From Bacteroidota bacterium (GTDB taxonomy: Bacteria > Bacteroidota > Bacteroidia > Chitinophagales > Saprospiraceae): a stretch of DNA of 64,000 nt. How positions within the stretch are numbered: the first letter of the stretch is position 1; every line of letters begins with the position of its first letter. The notes beneath the pieces were generated by a model. It searched no databases and had not been told where the DNA came from. It was given only the letters and a program-made list of their open reading frames with translations. Below are positions 45,401-52,869 of the stretch, in pieces. A program made the translations under genes and the position numbers. The stretch is from positions 67 to 64,066 of the forward strand of contig JBEAXK010000079.1 of NCBI GenBank assembly GCA_041159865.1, in the 5' to 3' direction.

Positions 45401-45640
45401 AAATTAGTGGGTCAACCCATCCCCGGTACTTGTACTTTTGCTGGATGGGAAGTATTGCAAGATAATTCGATTCGATGGGGTGTGCCTTCCCTGGGTGTCA
45501 AAGGTATGAATGGCAAATATCTCGAAAATGCACAGACTTATCCAGATGTTGCCGTTTGGAACGATTATGAAAAGGTTTCTACAGGTAGAGACCAGCAATT
45601 AGAGGAGGCTGTTAAATTATTATTGGCTGAATTAAAGTAA
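42437..45640 (+). CDS. Tricorn-protease-like S41 peptidase (beta-propellers + PDZ + S41 domain)
   Basis: 1067 aa with a signal peptide. TolB/WD40-like repeats (PSISPDGNSIVFTYKGDLW, WSNDSKTIAFSSDRYG, FSPDGKSIVYASERGN, FSPDGKELAFIENR), a PDZ-like region (GGPLDKAALNISPGAVITSIDG) and the S41 core (GYIHIPGM....VVDTRFNGGG....NEANYSDGH). Confidence 0.85.
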   Translation: MKFFPAFFVFCSLWFASLAQNSPSWLRYPSISPDGNSIVFTYKGDLWLVPSTGGEATPLTFHEAHDFMPVWSNDSKTIAFSSDRYGNFDIFSISVNGGTPKRITYHSAPDYPYTFTADNKHIIFGSSQNDLAENRQFPASSQPEVYQVPVNGGQVQIVLTTPAEDISLHKNGNLWVYHDKKGGENTWRKHHVSAIARDIWLFNQKLNKHTKLTSFPGEDRNPLFSSDGKSVYYLSEQFGTFNVCKLSLDNPTKMEQVTKFTKHPVRFLSQSNAGVLCFGFDGSIYTSKDGGSPKLVDVKISNENRKNNEQILSVKGGVRGLAVSPDAKEVAYIYRGEVFVSSVEGGMTKQITKTPEQEVSVSFSPDGKSIVYASERGNKWQIFQTSRVRTEELYFSSSTLLSEKLLFVNSNNCYQPLFSPDGKELAFIENRMTLKIWNKESGQFRTLLGQDHLFAMGENDQYFAWSPDNKWLIFDYSVPGSAVGEIGLVAADGKSKPINMTESGFQDYNAKWALAGEAIFWFSNRDGLKSVAQSGNSQLDIYALYLTKEAFDKYRLSKEEFALAKEMADKKIKKDSTAKKDSLNILNIDWENLDSRKVKWTLNSTSISDAVVSKDGETLYYLARYEKGFNLWSLNLRTKESKIVSNLNASGGNLLWDKDFKNIFSNASGSLMKINPESGKQEPISIQGEMVLQVAAERLAMFHHVCSKTERTFYTESFHGVPWNEYKMDYLKYLPHVSNGHEFAELLSELLGELNISHSGARYFSSNPQDDETASLGAFFDPSFEGNGWKIKEIIVGGPLDKAALNISPGAVITSIDGLLFNKEQDLAAFLNRKASKNVLIAIQDSGKSRELVIQPMSPSDESRLLYKRWVKKNQDEVDRLSGGKLGYIHIPGMNDGVYRSVFEETMGKFFNKSGLVVDTRFNGGGDLVADLATFFSGKKFMDYAVDNRSAGFEPNFRWTKPIISLANEANYSDGHCYAYMIKDLNLGKLVGQPIPGTCTFAGWEVLQDNSIRWGVPSLGVKGMNGKYLENAQTYPDVAVWNDYEKVSTGRDQQLEEAVKLLLAELK

Positions 45641-45649
45641 AATTAAATA

Positions 45650-45705
45650 GTTGTCCTCCAAAGTAAAAGACTGTTTTGGAATGATCTTTTAAGTTGGAGG
45701 ACAAC
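45650..45705. terminator. Long bidirectional terminator hairpin between convergent genes
   Basis: Perfect 12-bp outer stem gttgtcctccaa (45650-45661) / ttggaggacaac (45694-45705), plus an inner 7-bp stem taaaaga / tctttta. The track ORF 45694-45879 starts inside this hairpin and is probably spurious. Confidence 0.65.
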
Positions 45706-45723
45706 CCATATTTTAACAACGAT

Positions 45724-46815
45724 TTATTTCTTTTTGCTGATTTGCAAGGAGTATCTAATATTGATGAGATAATCTGCAAAGGCAGCGTCTCCGTTTCTAA
45801 ATTGTCCCGTTTGTGCAGATGTTTCTATATCTGTTACACTTTGCGGTCTGTTTCTTCTCACAGCAATAGGTACACTTAATTGAAGGTTTGTATTGCCTTT
45901 CATATAACTTATACCCGGTTCAACGGATAAAATACTTCCGGGTCTTCTAAATCCTAAACTTCCTCCAAGGATATCCTTAACGGGAACGCCTTCATACCTC
46001 GCTCCCAATAATCCGGAAATTCCTTTGCTGTTGCTGCCTGTCATGAGTCCCGCTCTGAAACTATATTGGTCTGATACAGACATGATGGCTTCATTTTTTA
46101 AAATAGGATTTAACGTTTCTCTGAAGGTTCGAACTCCATTTGTTTCTCTCGGATTGGCAAGATAATAACCTGTTAGATAGCCGGTAATTCCTGAAGATAT
46201 TGCCTGGTAATATTGAAAATCCATTGAAATTCCAAATCCTCCATCGCCAGGTTGTATGGATTGATCTACCGGACGAATTTCTGAACTACCATTGATACCT
46301 ACATTATAAAATATATCTAAAGCCTGATAATTTCCAGTGGGTAATTTTATAGAGAAACCTGCAGCCAATGCATGCTTTTTTCTTCCAGGAGCAACTAACC
46401 AGTATCCTAGTCCCAGTCGAAGATCTCCGATACCTCTTGAAAAAGTAGTTCTTCGTTCTTTTCTGCCATGTTCATATAAGGAAGATCTCGTATTTATAAC
46501 ATAAGGAATATCACTGGTAAAGAAAAGTCGCTCTGTTAAACCATATTGAATACCCATGTTTAAAATACTGGTATGGTTGATAACTTCCGTTCCATTTGCT
46601 ACTCTGTCAGCCTCTTCTTCTAAGCCACGGAAATGTCGAAAAGATTTGAAATAGCGAAAATCTCCCGAAATGGTCCATGCTCCTTTTAACCCCGTTTCTG
46701 CATGGCTGTTAGGGTTTAAACAAGATCCTACGCCTCGGATAGCCACACATCCCTGACCCTGAAGCGTAATCAAGGTTAGGTTTATCAAAAGAATGAATAT
46801 AAAAATTTGTTTCAT
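45724..46815 (-). CDS. Outer-membrane beta-barrel protein (MetA-pathway/transporter-like porin family)
   Basis: My preferred start is M12 (MKQIFIFILLINLTLITLQGQG, a signal peptide). The protein has an alternating amphipathic beta-strand pattern, a GIGDLRLGLGYW motif and an aromatic-rich C-terminal strand (DYLINIRYSLQI). Confidence 0.55.
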   Translation of the reverse strand: MKQIFIFILLINLTLITLQGQGCVAIRGVGSCLNPNSHAETGLKGAWTISGDFRYFKSFRHFRGLEEEADRVANGTEVINHTSILNMGIQYGLTERLFFTSDIPYVINTRSSLYEHGRKERRTTFSRGIGDLRLGLGYWLVAPGRKKHALAAGFSIKLPTGNYQALDIFYNVGINGSSEIRPVDQSIQPGDGGFGISMDFQYYQAISSGITGYLTGYYLANPRETNGVRTFRETLNPILKNEAIMSVSDQYSFRAGLMTGSNSKGISGLLGARYEGVPVKDILGGSLGFRRPGSILSVEPGISYMKGNTNLQLSVPIAVRRNRPQSVTDIETSAQTGQFRNGDAAFADYLINIRYSLQISKKK

Positions 46816-46926
46816 TTTTTCAAGTAAATTTATTGCAGCAAAGGTCACAATTATATATTTCTGTTTGGACGAATAAAAGGCGATTAAAAGCGAATGAAAG
46901 GTTAATGTTTTGCTGCTATATGGCTT

Positions 46927-48240
46927 TTGTATTATTTTGGATCTTACTTTCCACTTTTATTAACTATAATATTGAATTCGTTGAAACGTATTTATTTTGG
47001 TTTAATTTTATTTAGCTTGATTGGCCTCGGTTTGGTACAATATAGGTTTTTTATTTTAAGCCTGCAATTGGCAAATACAAAGTATGCCATTCAAATAACT
47101 GAAACGCTCAGCTTAATAGGTAAATACCTCTATTTGGAAACCCCTTTAACTTCTCTGATGGCTTCCGGCTTTAAAGAAAAAACGGCCAGTCAAAAGCCCA
47201 ATAAAATTCATTTAAATGCAGCTGCCAATCAGTTAGAAGGCTTTCTTAAAAAAAGATTTGAAAAAGTTGGCGTTAAAGTAGATTTTGCTTTTGCGATCTA
47301 TAATACAAAGGAGAATTCGTTGGTTATAGGTTCTAAAAATTACCTAACCAACAAACTTCCTGATTTTTCTATACCTCTTGATGGCTACCTGCCTTATCAA
47401 TGTAGCTGTCCATTAAGCCTTCACTTACAGAATAAAAATTTGATCCAATACTTTCTTATTGAGTCGAAAAATATATACCTGCCGGCACTAATCTTTACTT
47501 TCCTTTTGCTCGCAGGGGGTATTGGCGCTTTCGTTATTTATGAGAAAGTGCAATTTCAGGCTAAATCAAAACAAGATTTTTATAATTTCCTTACGCATGA
47601 ATTAAAAACGCCTGTTTTTACTATTTCTATAGCATCTAAAATACTGGATAATCATCAACATAATGAGAAAACCTCAGAGGCGCTAGAAATAATTAAAACA
47701 GAAAATAATAAACTTAAAATTCAAATTGAAAGAATACTGGAAATGGTGGTCTCCGATAATTCACTACCCAATCTAGAGAAAGTTAAAATAGATATCCCTG
47801 ACTTTTTTAATGATTTAATTAAAGACTTTTCTACGCAGATAAGCCAGGATAACACCGTCTTTTTTTCGCATCATGGGGAGGAATCTGTTCGCTCCATTTT
47901 TGCAGACAAACATTATATCTATAATGTTTTCATTAATTTATTGGAAAATGCAAAGAAATTTAAAACGGGTAATGTAAATATAAGCTTACTTGTCAGATAT
48001 GTGTCTGAGGAGGTCTATATTGAAATTACAGATGATGGCTGGGGCATTGAAAATAAATTTCAAAAATTAATCTTTAAACCGTTTTATAGAATTAAACAAA
48101 AAGTAAATGTGCAAGGATATGGACTTGGACTTAGCTATTGTAAAAAAATTATTAAACTTCATCAAGGTAAATTATCCTTGTTTTCTGAAGTAGGAAAAGG
48201 GAGTAAATTTACGGTCGTTTTACCATTAATAAAGGACTAA
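46927..48240 (+). CDS. Sensor histidine kinase
   Basis: H-box FLTHELKTPV, N-box NLLENAKKF, G1 DDGWGI, G2 GYGLGLSYCKKII, and two predicted TM segments. There is no in-frame ATG before residue ~78, so it must start at a TTG (46927 in the track; the TTG at 46981 giving MKRIYFGLILF is an equally good candidate). Confidence 0.85.
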   Translation: MYYFGSYFPLLLTIILNSLKRIYFGLILFSLIGLGLVQYRFFILSLQLANTKYAIQITETLSLIGKYLYLETPLTSLMASGFKEKTASQKPNKIHLNAAANQLEGFLKKRFEKVGVKVDFAFAIYNTKENSLVIGSKNYLTNKLPDFSIPLDGYLPYQCSCPLSLHLQNKNLIQYFLIESKNIYLPALIFTFLLLAGGIGAFVIYEKVQFQAKSKQDFYNFLTHELKTPVFTISIASKILDNHQHNEKTSEALEIIKTENNKLKIQIERILEMVVSDNSLPNLEKVKIDIPDFFNDLIKDFSTQISQDNTVFFSHHGEESVRSIFADKHYIYNVFINLLENAKKFKTGNVNISLLVRYVSEEVYIEITDDGWGIENKFQKLIFKPFYRIKQKVNVQGYGLGLSYCKKIIKLHQGKLSLFSEVGKGSKFTVVLPLIKD

Positions 48241-48244
48241 CTAT

Positions 48245-48940
48245 ATGAATAATAAAGTCTTATTGGTTGAGGACAATGAAAATTTGGGGTATATGCTGAA
48301 AGAATACCTGACGTTGAAGTATTTTCAAATGGATTGGGTAAAGTCTGCAAATGAGGCAATGATTTTTTTGAAAAATAATAAGCCTGATCTGGTTATTCTG
48401 GATGTTGGCCTTCCTGATTTAGATGGTTTCCAATTGGCGCAGTTTATAAAAAATGAATACCCAACCATTCCTTTTTTATTTCTTACGGCCAGGGTTTTGA
48501 AAATAGATGTGTTAAAGGGATTTAACTTAGGAGCCGAGGATTATATCAAAAAACCGATTGATGAGGAAGAACTTGTTATGAGAATAAAAGCAATTTTAAA
48601 CAGGACAAGTAAAGAATCGGATACTGTTACCCACACAATTTCTTTAGGAAATTTTCATTTTAATAAAAATACAAGAATCCTTTCTTCCAAAAATGCAAAG
48701 AGAAGATTAACTGCTATGGAGTCAAAACTTCTGCTCATGTTATGCCAAAAGCCAAATCAAGTAGTGGAAAGATCTCTCTTATTAAATGAAATTTGGGGGA
48801 ATGACGACTATTTTTCAAGAAAAAGTATGGATGTATTCATTTCTCGCCTCCGTAAATATTTAGCGGATGATCAAAATATTAAACTACTGAATGTTCATAA
48901 CACAGGATTTATCCTAAACATAAATCCTGGAAATAATTAA
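48245..48940 (+). CDS. OmpR/PhoB-type response regulator
   Basis: Receiver domain (LLVEDNENL, DLVILDVGLPDLDG, KP) plus a winged-helix output domain (LTAMESKLLLML....VFISRLRKYL). It lies 4 nt downstream of the kinase. Confidence 0.9.
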   Translation: MNNKVLLVEDNENLGYMLKEYLTLKYFQMDWVKSANEAMIFLKNNKPDLVILDVGLPDLDGFQLAQFIKNEYPTIPFLFLTARVLKIDVLKGFNLGAEDYIKKPIDEEELVMRIKAILNRTSKESDTVTHTISLGNFHFNKNTRILSSKNAKRRLTAMESKLLLMLCQKPNQVVERSLLLNEIWGNDDYFSRKSMDVFISRLRKYLADDQNIKLLNVHNTGFILNINPGNN

Positions 48941-49365
48941 TAATCCAGCAGATTCTTTTGGTGAAAATAGCGGATGATTCGGTACATCAACAAACCAGCA
49001 GGTCCAAACATGAAGGTAAAACCTAAGCAAGGGATTAATAATAAATGCTTGATGTTTGATTTTTGTCCATTTTCTAAAATGTAAAGTCCTGCCATGAGGT
49101 CAAAAGCCAAATAGTGAATCCATCCCAATAAAACGGCTTGTTCCTTTTGAAACAGAGACATCAATCCTTGTAAACTACTGAATTCTTTGAAATCATCCAT
49201 CTGAAAGGTTGAAAATACCATCCATGAATACACTATAGATAATACGAATATAGTAAAGCCAAATGCGATTCTTTTGGTATATTTCATACGGGGTAAAAAA
49301 ATCAGTAATAACCAGGTCAATAAGGCAAGTAAATTGACTAACTGGAATGCTTGGGAATAATTCAT
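48937..49365 (-). CDS. ABA4-like / DUF4281 integral membrane protein
   Basis: 142 aa with four hydrophobic helices. The N-terminal pattern F.LVNLLALLTWLLLIFLPR and WIHYLAFDLMAGLYI match my memory of the DUF4281 (ABA4-like) family. Confidence 0.55.
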   Translation of the reverse strand: MNYSQAFQLVNLLALLTWLLLIFLPRMKYTKRIAFGFTIFVLSIVYSWMVFSTFQMDDFKEFSSLQGLMSLFQKEQAVLLGWIHYLAFDLMAGLYILENGQKSNIKHLLLIPCLGFTFMFGPAGLLMYRIIRYFHQKNLLDY

Positions 49366-50108
49366 TTTTCGTTGTTTATTTTGTTTAAATAGGTTTGATA
49401 ATATTCATAAACCTGACGGTCACTCATACCTAATGTTGGAAAAGAAGTGGAAAAAGTCTTAAATAATTCTTTAAAATCAAGAATGCCCTGTTTCATTAAA
49501 GCTTCAACTTTCTGATATGCTATTCCCAATCCATTTTTGGGAAATAAATCAATCCATAACTTGATGGACTCCATGATTTCCGGAAATGCTTCGTTTTTAT
49601 CCACTTCTAATTTTCTTAAACCTTCAGTATCTCCCTTTTTACAAAGATTCCATAAAATTATGGCAATTTTAATTTCCGTCTCATTCATAAAAACAGGCTT
49701 AAAATTTTTTTTTGCTAAAAAAGAAGATGGATAATGACCAAAACTATCTTCGGCGATTTCCTTTGGTGGATAAATAATACCTGTTTTTGACGTTATTTTG
49801 TGCTGATGAATAAAATGTAGCAAAAACCAAATATTTATTTGGCAAAATAAATCAGATCCAAACCAAAAAAACAAAGTATCTTCTTTTTTTGCCAAAATTA
49901 GCTTTTCGAGAGGTGAAACTACTTTTTCTGTATAGTTTGTCAAAGGAACCTTCCAATAATTAGCACGCATTTGCCAAAATTCATCCATTGGCAAATCCCC
50001 ACCTAAAGGTCCTTGTAAGAGTGCTTCATGCATAACAATTCTCTCACCTTTTATATGATTTGGGAAATTCTCATATAAACACATCCCATTCAGAATATGG
50101 TAATCCAT
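49362..50108 (-). CDS. DUF1835-like protein
   Basis: 248 aa. The N-terminus YHILNGMCL....GERIVMHEALLQGPL resembles the DUF1835 signature. The assignment is weak. Confidence 0.4.
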   Translation of the reverse strand: MDYHILNGMCLYENFPNHIKGERIVMHEALLQGPLGGDLPMDEFWQMRANYWKVPLTNYTEKVVSPLEKLILAKKEDTLFFWFGSDLFCQINIWFLLHFIHQHKITSKTGIIYPPKEIAEDSFGHYPSSFLAKKNFKPVFMNETEIKIAIILWNLCKKGDTEGLRKLEVDKNEAFPEIMESIKLWIDLFPKNGLGIAYQKVEALMKQGILDFKELFKTFSTSFPTLGMSDRQVYEYYQTYLNKINNEK

Positions 50109-50109
50109 A

Positions 50110-50559
50110 TTATTTTTTTATAACTTTTTCATAAAGCTTAATCCATGCTTCCGGACTTATCTTTTGAACCAATTCACCTACTAGCGAATAAGGTATATTT
50201 TTTTTAAATCTGATACAGCTTTTTCCTATATCTGGTTTAGAATTTTCATGTTTTGAATAGGCCGATTTAAACCATTCCATCAGTTCCGAATCTGCATAAA
50301 TACCGAAATGATAGAGTCCAATAAAGTTTTTTTGAACTCCGATATTTAAAAAAGGAAGAGGTATTTCAGGGGTACAATGATAACCTGGAGGATACATTGA
50401 TTTTGGAACGACATAACCAATCATATCATAAATAATGCATTCTTCAAATCCTCTCGGTAAATTCTGAAGAATGGTTTCCCTTAATTTTAGAAAAATTTCT
50501 TTTTTTTCAATGGGAATTAGCGATAAATATTCTTCTGGATTATTTGCGACTATTTTCAT
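50110..50559 (-). CDS. DUF1801 (YdhG-like) domain protein
   Basis: 149 aa. PEEYLSLIP..KKEIFLKLRETILQNLPRGFEECIIYDMIGYVVP ... GKSCIRFKK has the typical DUF1801 layout. Confidence 0.6.
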   Translation of the reverse strand: MKIVANNPEEYLSLIPIEKKEIFLKLRETILQNLPRGFEECIIYDMIGYVVPKSMYPPGYHCTPEIPLPFLNIGVQKNFIGLYHFGIYADSELMEWFKSAYSKHENSKPDIGKSCIRFKKNIPYSLVGELVQKISPEAWIKLYEKVIKK

Positions 50560-50625
50560 TTTTCAGTTCTGATTTTTTGCGTGAACCGCTTGCGCCTATT
50601 TTTGTTTAAAGATAAAAATATTAAA

Positions 50626-51321
50626 ATGAAAAAATACTTGCTCCTGTTTTTCGGTGTTTTTATGCTTACGCTAAATAGTTGTGCCCAAAACACAGGGAAA
50701 AAAGATAAACAAAGAGAAAAATCTCCCACCGGAGTAATGAGAATTAGCGATTATATAAAAGGTAAAAATTTAGATAATTTAAAGGTAGCTACTTTCGCTG
50801 GCGGTTGTTTTTGGTGCACAGAAGCTTCGTTTGACAGGCTAAATGGAGTGGTGGCCGTTATCAGCGGATATACGGGAGGTTCCCTGGATTATCCCACTTA
50901 TGAGGAGGTTTGTGCAGAAAATACCGGTCATGCCGAGGCAGTAAATATTTATTTTGATCCAACCATAATAAGCTTTGAAAATTTATTAAAAGTATTTTTT
51001 GTAGCACATGATCCAACACAGTTAAACAGACAAGGTCCAGATAGAGGGGAAAGTTACCGCTCTGCGATATTTTATCATGGAGAGGAACAAAAGAAATCAG
51101 CAGAAAAGGTTATCAATGAACTAACGGCGACTAAAAGTTTTTTATCGCCTATTGTAACACAAGTAACGGAGGCTAAGGAATTTTGGGCTGCAGAAGAATA
51201 CCATCAAAATTATTATCCTCAAAATCCATATCAGCCTTATATTCTAAACGTATCGAGACCTAAGGTAGAAAAGGTTGAAAAAACCTTTTCTACCTGGCTT
51301 AAAGATAAAAGGAGTTATTAA
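50626..51321 (+). CDS. msrA: Peptide-methionine (S)-S-oxide reductase MsrA, lipoprotein form
   Basis: Catalytic motif GGCFWCTEASF, plus GHAEAV, DPTQLNRQGPDRGESYRSAIF and HQNYY. My preferred start is the ATG at 50626 (MKKYLLLFFGVFMLTLNSCAQ, signal plus lipobox). The track starts at a GTG at 50581. Confidence 0.9.
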   Translation: MKKYLLLFFGVFMLTLNSCAQNTGKKDKQREKSPTGVMRISDYIKGKNLDNLKVATFAGGCFWCTEASFDRLNGVVAVISGYTGGSLDYPTYEEVCAENTGHAEAVNIYFDPTIISFENLLKVFFVAHDPTQLNRQGPDRGESYRSAIFYHGEEQKKSAEKVINELTATKSFLSPIVTQVTEAKEFWAAEEYHQNYYPQNPYQPYILNVSRPKVEKVEKTFSTWLKDKRSY

Positions 51322-52727
51322 TATTGGTCTCCTAAAGCGAATACAACGGGGCGTTTCATCCATGCTCCCCGGGTAAAATCGGGGAACGGCTGAGGAGCAC
51401 TTCCTGCTGCAATCGATTGTTCAGACAGTGGAGTTATGGCCATCCAAACAGCAGCATCGTACACATCAATCGGTGCAGCTTCGTTTACTTTGGCTGCTTC
51501 AACAAAAGCATGAAGAAGGAAAAAATCCATACCTCCGTGTCCTGCACCCGTAGCCTGAGCCTCATATTTTTTCCAAAGAGGATGGTCATATTTAGCCAAA
51601 TAGGCGTCAGCAGCATCCCATTGATGAGGTTTAGCACTAACGCCCTCTATATAAAGGGATTTGTTTACATCCATCCAGATACCTTTTGTTCCCTGAACTC
51701 TGAATCCTAGTGAGTAAGGACGAGGCAGATTAGTGTCATGATAGAGTGTAACTGTTTCTCCATTAGCCGTTTTTATCAGCGTTGTAACCACATCACCTAA
51801 AGCAAATTCAACCTTGGCATTCGGATGATTTTCACCGCCTTTTGGATGATTAACAACATAATCGTGCAATCCTTTTGCTTTAGAGGCAATAGAGGTTAAA
51901 TAAAGGAATCGGTTTCCCCTGTTTATATTCAGATAGTTGGCAACAGGTCCTACACCATGCGTTGGATATAGGTCCCCATTTCTATTTACAGAATGCTGCG
52001 TTCTCCATTTAGCTTCGCTAAAGGCATTTTCTCCAAATTCTACGCCATTATAAGGTGCAGTTGCTGCGTTGAATTTTACATTTCTCAAGTCATGCTGATA
52101 ACCACCTTCAAGGTGAATCAAATCTCCAAACATTCCCTGACGTACCATATTCAGCACGGCCATTACATCACGGCGATAACAAACATTCTCGAGGAAAAAA
52201 AGGTGGCTGCCCGTTTCTTCGTGAACATGAACCATTTCCCAGCATTCTTCTACAGAAAAGGCACCACATACTTCGACACCCGTATATTTACCAGCCTTCA
52301 TAGCCGCTATGGCCATTTTTGAATGCCATTCCCAGGGAGTTGCAATAATGACCGCATCTAAAGGGGCTTTTTTTAACATATTCAAATAATCATTTTCCCC
52401 CTTGTCATAAACTTCAACTGCTTTTCCTCCTTTTTTCTCAATGATTGCTTTAGATCGCTTAATCATATCGGGATCAATATCGGCAATAGCTGTAACAACG
52501 CAATCTTTTCTGTCTAAGGCAAGACTTAAATGCCCTTGTCCGCGTAAGCCAACCCCAATAAAACCAATGCGCAAGGGATTTGCTTCGCTTTTAACGCTAT
52601 TCCTTATTTTTGACTCCTCAGTTACATTTCCAGTTGTAGAAGCTTTTACAACACCTCCTAAAGTTAATGCCGCTCCTGTGGCAGCTGCTCCACGCAAGAA
52701 AGCGCGGCGATTCCATTTTTCACTCAT
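51318..52727 (-). CDS. Gfo/Idh/MocA-family NAD-binding oxidoreductase with a Tat signal (GH109-like)
   Basis: Twin-arginine signal MSEKWNRRAFLRGAAATGAALTL. Rossmann motif IGFIGVGLRGQGH. The length and Tat signal are typical of GH109-type alpha-N-acetylgalactosaminidase-like proteins. Confidence 0.75.
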   Translation of the reverse strand: MSEKWNRRAFLRGAAATGAALTLGGVVKASTTGNVTEESKIRNSVKSEANPLRIGFIGVGLRGQGHLSLALDRKDCVVTAIADIDPDMIKRSKAIIEKKGGKAVEVYDKGENDYLNMLKKAPLDAVIIATPWEWHSKMAIAAMKAGKYTGVEVCGAFSVEECWEMVHVHEETGSHLFFLENVCYRRDVMAVLNMVRQGMFGDLIHLEGGYQHDLRNVKFNAATAPYNGVEFGENAFSEAKWRTQHSVNRNGDLYPTHGVGPVANYLNINRGNRFLYLTSIASKAKGLHDYVVNHPKGGENHPNAKVEFALGDVVTTLIKTANGETVTLYHDTNLPRPYSLGFRVQGTKGIWMDVNKSLYIEGVSAKPHQWDAADAYLAKYDHPLWKKYEAQATGAGHGGMDFFLLHAFVEAAKVNEAAPIDVYDAAVWMAITPLSEQSIAAGSAPQPFPDFTRGAWMKRPVVFALGDQY

Positions 52728-52869
52728 TTGTTAGTTGATTTTTCCTTAACTTACAAAGTACGAATAGTTTTTATTAAGCAATATTAAAAAAGGTCTTTTT
52801 TTACGAATGAAAAAGATAAATGTCAATTAAACTTTTATTAAAAAGGAATATCAAAGAGTAAATTTTTTT

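Noticed and set aside
45694-45879. 61-aa plus-strand ORF starting after the tricorn-like gene
   Set aside because: It starts inside the 3' arm of the terminator hairpin and runs antisense into the 3' end of the porin-like gene. It is probably spurious.
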